Source: Mantamonas sphyraenae STR306 (taxonomy: Eukaryota > Protista > CRuMs). Taken from it: 64,000 nucleotides of DNA. The stretch spans positions 186,001 through 250,000 of the forward strand of contig JAPMXV010000070.1 of the NCBI GenBank assembly GCA_026936335.1. Reading direction: 5' to 3'. Every line of letters begins with the position of its first letter. Position 1 is the stretch's first letter. The position numbers and the translations under genes are program-made. The notes below the pieces were generated by a model that ran no database searches, was not told the DNA's origin, and worked only from the letters and a program-made list of their open reading frames with translations. Below, piece by piece: positions 53,401 to 64,000 of this stretch.

Positions 53401-56400
53401 CATCACCAGCATCGTCGCCGGTGTTGGTGCTGCTGCTCTCGGTCTGCTGATGCTGCTGCTCGTTCGCGAGGGCCTGCTGCAGGGCCTGGCTGTCCACAGC
53501 TTCGTGCGAACCGCGCTGCTCCTGTAGGTCGTGTGTACGCCAGCGTGCCAGGCGACCGCTGATTGCCTCGTTGTCTGACTCGCTCACACTCACGTCAAGA
53601 GCGCTGACAGCCGGCTCGAAGCCAGTCTCGCGCTGCTGCACAAAGCGTGCACGAGGGTCGGTCCACGACAGCGTTTGTGCCTCACTGCGGTGACGCGAAC
53701 CAAAGCGCATGCCTCCAAGACCAGAGTCATCCGACGTCGGTTTGGCTTCCACGGAGGTCATGCCCCACCCGCCCATACCGTTGATCTCTTCCACAATCAC
53801 AGATGCTTCGATAAACACGTCGGTGTCGATGGGTGCCAGACGGGTGGCAAACCAGGCGTCATGTGACTGGTTCAGCACTTCCGGCAGTTCACTCAGTGCT
53901 GTGGTAAGCTCTGCACGTGTGATTCCGCGAGGCATCACACGAGCAAACAGCTCAAGCACAAGCCGCAGGTTGTGGTCGTTCGGAGAGTGCTTTGTCCAGT
54001 ACTTGGTGCTGCTGTTCACCCTGTTGAAGATGTTGGTCAGAGCAAGCACAAGCATGCGAGTTGCGTTGCCGTGTTCTCGCAGAATCTCTTCCCTCTTGTG
54101 CTGCAGCAAGCGGATGAGCAATGCCATCAACGAGGACATGCTCAACACCGAGCGCTGCACCACGGCCGCCATGTTCCCATCGTTGTTGGCCTCACTGGGT
54201 GGCATTCCCAGCGGCTGCACAATCGCCTTGTGCACAAAGTCCACCACGAGGCCAAACACACGCGTGTGCATGCGATCCTTCTCTTCCAGATTGCACTCGA
54301 GCAGCGTTTCTACAAGCCACGCGCCGTATGCAATCGATTTGGGCTCCAGCATGCGCTTCCACAAGCCCTTCTTGACCAGCGCCGTGTTCAGCCACTGCTG
54401 CGGTGTCAACAACAGCTCCAGAAGCTGCACGTTGAGCGGTGCTTTGACCAAACCCCTGGTATTTGCCGCGTGCGCCTCTGCGGACCCCTGCAGGATGATC
54501 GAACGCACACGCTCCTGCAACTGGTTCAGGTAGCGCTCATCGTCCGTCTCCAGCTCGTACAGCGACAGTTCGCGTGCACTCTCATCGTCGTTGTCGGTCA
54601 CAGCCGTATGGTCCTGCACTGCGACGCGCAAGAACACATTCAGGTGGCTGGCGTTGTCTGCAAATGCGCGTGTGATCTTGTCCCCTGCCGTGTCGAGCAG
54701 CGCCAGCATGGCCTGCTGTGCGCTACGGTCCACCTGCGCTTTGTACATCAGCTGCAGGTAGCCCTGCGTCTCAGCGTAGCTCTGCTGCGTGTACCAAATG
54801 TCGCATTCCGGTTTCACGGCCACCGTGCTCAGATCCTCATTTGGCTTGCGGTGGCGCACCTGTGCCAGGTTGTAGCGTGAGTTGACCACTGCAAAGCCGT
54901 CGCGGTCCGCCAAAGCCACACCCGTGCCCAGCAGCCACTTTTTGGTGTCAAGGAACGGGTACAGAAGCTCGTAGCAGACGTTGTTGTCAATGTGCCTGCC
55001 TTCGCCCTGTGTCAGCGTAACCGTCTCCCTCGATGCCCTGCTGATGCGTACAAGGTCCATCAGCTCACGGTGCACACCTGTCGTGGCCACCGAGTCATCT
55101 GCCGCGTCTTCGGTCTCCACGGTTGCGCTCGTGGCATCCTCGTTGCCACTCTTGGCAATTGTGGAGCTGGTGCTGTCACTGGAGCTCTTTGACGTGCTAA
55201 CCGATGTGCTGCTCGACGTGTTTGTGGCATCGTTGTCAGAGCCAACGTCTTTGCCGCTGTCGTCACCGGAGGCCGAGGTGCTGCTGCTGCTGCTGCTCTT
55301 GCTCTCACTCCCGCCCTCCACACCATCGCTGGCCAGTTCATCGCGCACGCGCTTCTCATAGGCGTACTTGGTCACAGCTTGGCCAAAGTTGCACAAAAAG
55401 TCGAGCATGGGGCCACGCACGACGAGCGGAAACAGACGAGCGCCGGGCATGCACGAGAGGTCCATGCGCGACGCCGCATCCTCCACCAGGTTGCCGTCGT
55501 GTGTGAAAAACATGTCTCCGGTGCGTGTACTGATACCCGTGCCATACACGCCGTCGCGAGGCCGTGTGGTGCACTCCTTCTCAAGCACATCTTCGCTCGC
55601 GGGCTTCCAATCCAACAGAGCCGCCACCGACTCGTCCAGCGTCACGTCGATGGCATCCACCGACGCATTTGCTGCGGCTGCAATCGTGCTGGACGGCTTT
55701 GAACCCGAGCTCTTGCCTGCGCTATAGCTGAGCTTGGACGTGCGTGCCATGGGCGACGTCGATCTCGGCGCAAGGCGCAAGATCGAACGTGGCTCTGACG
55801 ACGTCGAGTTGGGCGTGCCTTCGGTCGACGAGGGCGTGCTAAAGTTAAACACGTGGGACTGCGTCGTCGAAGCCTCGGCCGCCTGCTGCTGTGCATGCAG
55901 GTCGCGTGCAGGGATGCGGTCGCCTCCGTCGCGTCCATTGTCAAACAGACGGTCGAAATCGTCGTCCGCTTCACCGTCCGAGATAACCCCGGACACGTCC
56001 TCTTCGTCATCGAAGCCTGCTTGGTTGCTCGTGTTGCGAGTCCTGTCAAAGTACGAGCGCAACGCGCGTTCGCTTCGTCGTTGCTCCTGGATGCTGACCA
56101 TGCCACCATTCATCGCGGGCTCGCTGCTGTTGGCTGCGCTGTCTGCCGGTTCAGATGTTTCTGCACCCGCCCTTTCTTCCATCGTCGTGCTCCTGCTGCT
56201 CGTGTGGCGTGTGCGTCCGCCAAAGCGCCGTCCGCCAAAGCGCCCGCCCGACGTACTTCCCGACGGCGCCGAACTCGTCGAGTTGGGCGTGTCCTGGTCA
56301 TCCGCAGCCGAAGTGGTGCTCGTGGTGGATGACGGTGTCGCAACCTCCTCGGCATCCTCGGCCTTTCTCGCCCGCCCAAATCGCCGGGACCTGGCTTTGG

Positions 56401-59400
56401 TCTTGGGCGTGGTGCTGCTGTTGTCGTTGCTGTTGCTGCTCTCGCTGCTCGCCTTGGTGGGCGTCTTTTTGCCAAAGCGAGAGCCCTTCGGGGGACGCGA
56501 CGACGTGGAGCTTTCGGGCGCAGATGCGGTCGAGTTGGGTGTGTCCGACTGCTGTTCGCGAAGGCCGAACCGATTGGATTTGGACGGGCTCGGGGTGCTG
56601 TTCTCGTTCAACGGTCTGCTTGCACTCTTCCTTGTCTCCGTACCAGTGCTGGTCGATGCCTTGGCGTGCGTGGTCCTTCGTTGGGTCCTGACAACGGATT
56701 CGGAAATGACCACATCCTCGCCGAGGCCAACAATGCTCTCTTCCTCCCGGAAATCTTCCTGGCTGTCTTTTGCGCTTGTCTTGCGGCCTCGGCGGAAGTT
56801 GGTGGCGGTCGGGAAATCTGAAGGGGCGTGCGTCGCGCGCAAATGCTCGCGCGGGATGTCTGCACTCAGGTTCTCGTCCTCATCGTCATTGTTACCATCT
56901 GCTGATTGGATGTTCTTGTTCAACTTGCGGTTCCTGTTTGCGCGTCGTCGTTCCTTCTCGCGTTCCTCGCTGCTCTTGATGCGACGTCCGCCGAAACGAG
57001 CCCTCGCGCCACCGCTGCTTCTCGTCGTGGGTGACGTTGTGGATTCCGTGGTCGTCTCACTGTTGGTCGATTCCGAGCTTGTTGTACTCGTTGTGCTTGT
57101 GGTGCTCGTGGTGCTCGTGGTGCTCGTGGTCTCGGCCGCGGTTTCGGCTTCTGCCTCGGCTTCGGCCTCGGCTTCGGCCTTCACATCCGTCTTGGCCTTG
57201 ATCACAGACGGTTTCTTCTCCACCGTACCACTCCTGCTGCTGCGCCAACCAGAGCTACGCTCCTGCCTCCTCGGGCTGGTGCGTCCGCGCGAGCCGATGC
57301 GCGGCGTACTCTCGCCACTCGGGCTTTCGCCACCCGAGAGGGAGTTGGACGACGAGCTACGACCCGAGCTGCGTCCAGAGCTGCGTCGTCGGTGGCTACG
57401 CGGATGACGCTGCAGCAGGCTTCGTGCGTTTGCGCTGCCCGACGTGTCGTCGCTGCTCCAGGCTTCGTCTTCCGATTCGCTGCTGTTCAGACTTTCCACC
57501 TTGCCCTCCAGCTCGTCCACATCCGCCTCGGGTACGTCCGACGACTGATCCTTCGCTGGAGATGCACTCGAGTCGCCCAACTTGGCCCCGTCTTGGCCTG
57601 ACGAGCGTTTTGGCGCAAGGAATCCGCGTGTGGCACGCTTCTCTAGGCTGGTGCCGTTGTTGCGCCTCTCGCTGCGGTTGCCGCCACCATGCAGGCTGCG
57701 CAGGTTCTGGCCAATGGAGCTTCGTTGCTTGCTGTTTCCTCCGCTGTGGTGCTTGATGATGGGACGGATCTGCTCGGGCTCCAGCACCGATTCAAACAGG
57801 TGGTCGGCTTGGTCGGTGGTGGCAGTGAACGCACGGCCATTAAAATCGTAGCATACCATGTGCATGTGCTTACCATCTTCGTCGAGAAGGGCGTAGCCAA
57901 GCATGAGCTGCGAGACAATCACCGTGTCATGCGTGCGGATGGGACGCGCCTTAGTCGCCACCTCGTAGTAGAAACTAGGCACTTGCGGGTGGTCGAGCGG
58001 CACAGAGGTGTTGGCTCGCAGCACCACAGAGCCTTCGTTGATGTTCTGGTACTTGTTGACCGAGCAACGCCAGCTGTCGACCCAGGCGCCGGTCTGCAGG
58101 TGGGTAAAATCCAGGTACGTGGGCAGATGCGTGTCCAGGCATCTGTATGGCGATGCAGGCACGACGTTGCTGTACGGAGACGGGGCCAGCCGCATGATGT
58201 GTCGCTCCGACGCTGCAGTGACCTGACTGAGCTTGCGGTTGAGCTCGGGCAGGTTGTTCTGATGCTCGGCAATGGCAAAGAGGTTGGACAACAGGCCGTT
58301 CTGCATGAGCCAGTCGACAGCACGTGGATTGCTCATCAGCTTGCTGAGAGCGCCCATGGCATGTGTGCGCAGCTGCAGGAACTGGGTCTGCGCAAGCGTG
58401 GGCACCTGGGGCACGGGCAGGTCCAGCGAAAGCAGCACGTTGCGGAACACATCCAGGCACTCGGGTTCGTCGAGTTCCAGTTTGTTCATGTCCACGGTGA
58501 CCTCCGGGAGCACCGCAAGGTCCACGGGGTGTTTGTATGCCACGACTTTGAGATCGTTGCAGTCGGAAATGCGCACCGGGCGAGCTGTGAAGCGCACATC
58601 CTGCGAGACATACGCAGTGGCGTGGTCGCCCTTGACGACAGATACACGTGCGCCCACGCGCAGGTCGTCATGGTGGTTGCCGAGGACGACAAACGCACTG
58701 AGGGCCATGGCCGCCACCATGCGTGCGTCGGCTCCGTCCTGCTTCAGCGTGAGCAGCTGTGCAGGAGACACGTTGTCCTCATTGCTGTTGTGGAATAGTG
58801 CCTGTACGTTGACCATCGCCTTTGTCAGCTGGCGCTCTACGATAGGCCTCCACTCGGTGTCGTTGAGGAGTGTGCGAAGCAGCATGATCAGCTCGCTGGC
58901 CATGTCGTGCATGGCCTCGGGATCTTTGGTGTAGCCCTGCTTGCCTTGCCACACGTTCAGAGCCTGCCAAATGTTGCGATCAAAGCTGCTTGCGTACGGC
59001 ACCGGCAGCATATTGATGTCCACGCGGCCCGGCGGCGTGCTGCTCGAATCGTCATTCTTGGACACGGCGCTTGTACTCCTCGTCGAGTGGCCAAATAGAG
59101 AGGATGACCCTTCGTTGTTGGGTGCTTGGCCGAAGCGGCCTGCGTTGCGGTTGCCAAAGCCACCGCTGCGTTGGCCAAAGCCGCCACTTCCCATTCCAGG
59201 TCCCATCGCACCTCCACCTCCACCGCCAAAGCCGCTGCCGAAGCCTCCGCCTCCGCCGCCACTGCCACCAAAGCCGCCGCTTCTTCCTCCGCCGAATCCT
59301 CCACCGCCGCCAAAGCCACCGCCGCCACCACCGCCGAATCCACCACCGCCGCCAAACGTGCTGTTTGTGGTGTTGTTGCTGTTGCTTGGTGCTCCAAAGA

Positions 59401-62400
59401 TGCTCCTGCCCGAATTGTTGCTGCTGTTGTCATCTGAACTGCGCTGCTGGAACAGCGATCCGCCCGATCCGCTTGGGCGGTTGGTGCTGTTGGAGTTGGC
59501 ATTGGAGCTTCCACCCAACCGCAAGCCGCCACCTCCACCTCCACCAAAGCCACCTCCTCCTCCGGCGCCGCCTCCAAAGCCTCCAAAAATGCCACCGCCG
59601 CCGAGGAGGATTTCTACGGCCTGTTCGCTGTTGTTTTGTGTACGTCGAAGGGCTGCAATGCTCTGGTCGCGATCAAAGCCCATTTCCAGAAGCGATGAGA
59701 GTTGTTCCGGGTCGACCTGGATCTCTTCGCGGAACGAACTGGACTCGGGTGCACGCAGGGTAGGGGCGCTGGTTGTGTCCGCTGCCCGGGCGGTGCTCCC
59801 CTCTGCAACGGCGGAAGACCACGCACTGTTGCTCCTGCTTTCCTCTTGACTGGCACTGGAATCTGTGCTGGTGTTTGCGGCATCGTCGGCCTGATCGTCA
59901 TCTCCACCATCGTCTTCCTCCTCGTCGTTGCTGCTACTTGCTCGGCCAAAGCGGGCGGAGCGTCGGCGGCTGCCGCGTGTGCGTCGTCCTCCACGCCCGC
60001 CTTTGCCATGAGCGTCGTCTTTGGTAGACGACGGATCGACCACTGGGCGCACGTTTGCCAGGAGATCTGCCTCCTCCACGACAGTGGTGGAAGTAAGATG
60101 AGAGCGAAGAGACAGCAGGGAGCCCGAGTGCATCACCATGGCTTGGATGAGGTTGTCTCCGTCGCGGATGGGATGCGAAAGTTCCTCATCCTGGTGTGTG
60201 GCAGTCCAAACAAAGTCGAGGGAGTTTGCCACGGCAGTGGGGCCTGCGTGGATGAGGATGGTGCGCGCAAGTCGACAGAACGTGCGCTGGATGACAGTGG
60301 CCTCGGAAGTCATGAGACTGAGCAGAATGTTCATGCTGGAAGCCGAGGCGAGATACCTGCAGGCTGGCGGGGACAGGTCGCAAATGAGCTGCAGGAGTTG
60401 GAGGCGCCACACGACATGCTCGATCAGCATGCAGACCACGCGCAGATTTGTGGTGTCGCACGTGAGCGGGTAAGTCTCACGGATGTCGTCGAGGAGCACT
60501 CGGATGACGTATGCCTGCAAAGTCGTGAGGTCGTTTGCGTTGCGTGCACCAGACACGAGAGCCGAGTCGTCGCTTGCGTGTGCGTCGTCACGAGGTGACT
60601 CGAAGCACTGCAGGGCAAAGAGACGTGTTTGATCCATGGCTTGGATGTATGCAAAGGTAGGTTGGCTCATGCTTGCACGCACAGTGGCTTCGAGCTCCTG
60701 CGTGACGAGCGATCGCGATCGGTTGACGAGAACTTCCATGATGGCAGTGTCGACGAGCGAATCGTGGTCGGCACGGTAGACACGCATGTTGAGGAGCTCC
60801 ATGGCGTTGTGGGAGATGCGTGTGGAGACCAGATAGAGGCGTGTATCCGATGATTCAAGGGGTGCCAAGTCGACGTGCACGAGCGAGCAGATGGTCTTGA
60901 TCAGGCGGATGAAACTGGCCAAAAGGGACTTGAGCTGCATGGCGCCCGCTGCGTTGACACACAGCATGTAGTCGTACGGGGCAGTGAGTTTCGCGCCGGT
61001 GCCCTCCCTCATCAGCTGGGCGAGCGTGAAACGCACGATGTCCAGGACGTGACCTGCACTGTAGTGTGAGCGAAGGAGGACAATCAGATCGTCAAACATG
61101 CGAATGGCGTGCGCGCGGTTGATGGCGAGCTCGCGATGTTGCATCAGCTGCAGCTTGAGTGTTGAGACGTCGACCTCCTCGGCGTACACAAAGTCAAAGA
61201 TGGCTTGGACGGCCGGGTTAGGGTTGTGTGTGCCTGTCGAGGCGCGGTTCTCAATCATCTGCAGTTGCTCGAGGCTGTCTGCGTCAAAGTCGATTTCCCC
61301 TTCGCCGAGTGAGCTTTGCTTGTGCAGCTGCTTGCTGTCGGTCTCTCGCACGGTCTTCCACATGCTCAGAATGTTCTTTGATTGGATGAGCGTGGCTGAG
61401 GAGCTACGAAGCATCGGTGGAGGCTTGGGTGCGTCGCTGTCAGACAACTCGAGCTCGGAGCTGCTCTCTGCCTTCATGGAAACCGTGCGGTTGAGTTTGT
61501 TCAGAGGTTGCACCATGGCCGGCGACGGGGTCGAAGGCGTGGATGGAGACGGAGTCGAGGCGGGGGCGGAGGGAGACACGGTCAGAGCGGGCTTCACGCC
61601 AAGGAGAAGCTGGATCTTCGCCGCCAGCTCCTTGCAGATGGACTCGTACTTGTCAGCCGGTGCAGAGACAGAGGTTGTGACTGCGGACGATGAAGAGGAG
61701 GAGGAGGAGGAGGAGAAGAAGAAGGTGTGTCTTCCTTGGGTTCGTTCGTTTGCTCGGCCGATTGAGAGGGTGCTGCATCGGCCTCCGGGGCTGCCGGCGC
61801 TGAAGGTGCTGGTTCAACGGCCTCACTGGCCTCTGTGGCGCCGGCTTCGGCCATGGAGATGGAGAAGCCACCACCAGCGAGGGGCTGAGAGGTGGGCGTG
61901 TTTTCCCCAAGGACGGCCGACGAGGAACTGGTGTCGCTGTCCTCGTTGCTGCTGCTGCTGCTGCTGCTGTTGCTGCTGCTGTTGCGAGCGGCTTCGGTGT
62001 TGGGAGAGGATGAAGACGACGACGAAGATGCCAAGGCGATGGCAGACTCGTCACGTGTGAAGCTACGCTCGTTGTGGAGCTGGCGCACGTGGAAGCGGAT
62101 CTTGATGGCGCGTGCCCAGATATAGACAAGGTTGTCAGGGGGTGTGGGAGGCGCTGTAGCTGCGCTGTCGGCTTCGTTTTGCGTGTCGACGAGCAGCTGT
62201 GCAAACTGAAAGGCCTCGTCGATGCAGCCGAGATGTTTGAGGATGACTGCGACAAGCTGACGCTCGAGGCGCGAAACGCTCGGTGTCGCCTTGACGGTGC
62301 GTGCGAGCTTGTTGTTTGCAAGCGATACCTTCATGAGGGTTTTGTCGAGGAGGACGGCTTGTGTGGTGCGCTGGTGCACAAAGTCGGCCAGGAAGTCCTC

Positions 62401-64000
62401 GTGTGCGGGTGGGGCCGTGTCGAGGCCGCCTGCAAAGAGAGCCTTGCTTGTCCACGGACTCTGGTTGCTGCGTGCGTCGTCATCGGGCTGCGCGAGACGG
62501 CTGGCAAACATGGCCACGAGGTTGGCAAGGGTGATGACGAGGTTGTCGATGCAGCGATCGAGCTGCAGCGAGGCGCTGTTGTCCTGCAGCGGCACCAGGA
62601 CGCGAAGCAGGCTCAGAAGGTGCGGGGACACTGCATGCACAAAGACCGCGTCGTCTGCAAACAGACCAATGTCCATGAGGAGTCGAGGCAAAATGGCCGC
62701 AAAGAGAGGCGAGTCGAGGGCGTCGTCGGAATCATGCGAAGCCTGCTCAGCTGCGTAGTCTGTGATCATGGCCACGCGGTCAATGGTCTGTTCGCTGACA
62801 GCAGTGCACTCTTGGTTGATCATTGCCGTGAGAAGGGCCGTGGCGCTGCGCTGTGTGTGGCTGTTGGTGGTGGGTGCAGACACTCGTGCCAGCAAATGTT
62901 TGTACATCTCTTCCAACTCGTCGCCGAGGTCTTGGATGAGGCGGCGAGTGGCCGCAGGCGTGCTGAACGACGTGACCAAGCCGTCCAGGATGGGCAGCTT
63001 GACAGCTTCGTCGTAGTTGCTTGCCGATGTATCAGCTGAGGAAGTTTCGGGAGACGTGCGCTCGTACATCAACGTTTGGAACATATCCAGTTTCTCCTGT
63101 TGGGAAAACATGACGGTGAGTTGGTGGCGCAGGATGTTCTGTGAGGCAATGCTGAGCGCCTTTGCGTTGAATCGCGAGCGCAACGAAGGCTGCCCCGAGG
63201 GGACCACGTGCTTCTTGAGATAGGGTACGAAGCTGGGGAAGCAATCGACCTTGGGAGAGATGTCATTGCGGATGAGGTCGTCGACATTGGTCTGGAAAAT
63301 GCGAAAGACGGCCGCGAGGATGTAGGGACGGAACGGGCCGTCCAGAGGCATGTGTGCCTTTGCAATCTCGCCATCGTTGTCCTCAGTGTCCTGAGAGGGG
63401 ATTTCTGCGTCAAAGCATCGCAGGACGTCGAGGAGGAACTGGAAGAGCGGTTGGTTGCGAGACAGGGCCATGGGCAGCATGCGTCGTCCGCCTCCGTCGA
63501 CGTAGCGCAGCAGGGTGCGGTCAAAGTTGATGAGGACGCGGAGAAAGATGTGAAAGGGAGTGTGGAACGTCGGTGGCGTGGAGGACGCCGTACAGATCGG
63601 GGAGCTGAATGTCGAGCGGAGAGTAGGGCTCCGGGGGTGGTCCGACAAAGGTGGTGCGCGGGGTGGCGACGGCATCGTCTTGGTCAAGGGAGAACAGCTG
63701 GTAGAGATGTGTGCGCTTGACGTGTTCGTTGCGAGAGGATTGGACAGGGAGAGAGGCGAGGAGGTTGTTGTCGACCAGGGCAAAAGCCCCCTGGACAAAG
63801 AATCGCGCGCTGATGGGCAAGCTGGAGCCACCTTCCTTCTCGGTACAGTAGAACTTGAGGCGAAGCTGCTCATGAGTGAGACCCTCGTACTTGGGCTGGC
63901 AGGCGACGCTCTGCAAAAGGTAGTCCTGGTTGCGTGGCGGACTCATGCGGGTGGGTTGCCACTCTGTCTCGAAGCGAGACTGGACATCGACGGCGCTCAC
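50461..64000 (-). CDS. Giant HECT E3 ubiquitin ligase (>4,400 aa; 5' end beyond the window) with UBA, split SPRY and CUB-like domains; apparent frameshifts near 63590, 61715 and 52000-52100
   Basis: HECT: WRVKFEGEGAADAGGPYRDSI ... FLRFVYGRERLP ... LPRAATCFFQL (catalytic Cys 50569-71) ... AIDAD. UBA: LLEMGFDRDQSIAALRRT..NSEQAVEIL (~59604-59720). SPRY halves at ~57890-58030 and ~55370-55560. CUB-like ESPHP..FPGA..FDRRC..WGF (~52345-52685). Confidence 0.85.

Noticed and set aside
1-64000. CRISPR array or cas genes accompanying the RuvC protein
   Set aside because: No regularly spaced repeat-spacer structure and no Cas1/Cas2 were seen. The repeats present are microsatellites or coding low-complexity tracts, and the context is eukaryotic.
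1-64000. tRNA or rRNA genes
   Set aside because: None were recognisable by eye and the intergenic space is minimal. tRNAscan-SE/Infernal were not run.

Overview
This is a gene-dense, GC-rich eukaryotic window, probably from a flagellated protist. It has GT-AG introns full of (GT)n/(CA)n, very short intergenic spacers, and several apparent single-base frameshifts in low-complexity tracts that look like long-read indels. About 19 protein-coding genes can be modelled: SGT1, a coiled-coil/PHD protein, mitochondrial HslV, a MacroD-type macrodomain, a ~25x IPT/TIG-repeat giant, an SLC35F/EamA transporter, a 5-exon endosulfine missed by the ORF track, SNF2/BRM, CEP131-like, caprin-like, DUF1308, Myb-like + MMS22-like, RNF10, ODC/SLC25A21, SAM+LRR, an aminopropyltransferase, MMADHC and a >4,400-aa HECT E3. 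The standout is the uninterrupted ~1,800-aa ORF at 17414-23044 (-). Its C-terminus is a complete Fanzor/TnpB-type RuvC (DPG...IGDG...VNE...CxxC...CxxC...NRD). Its N-terminal part carries the acidic motif series of a FEN1/XPG/PolI-type 5' nuclease (PIN fold). About 170 nt of stacked hairpins follow the stop codon, where an omega-RNA would be expected, and no transposase is visible. This is a candidate dual-nuclease RNA-guided system. All family calls come from motifs recognised by eye; no searches were run.
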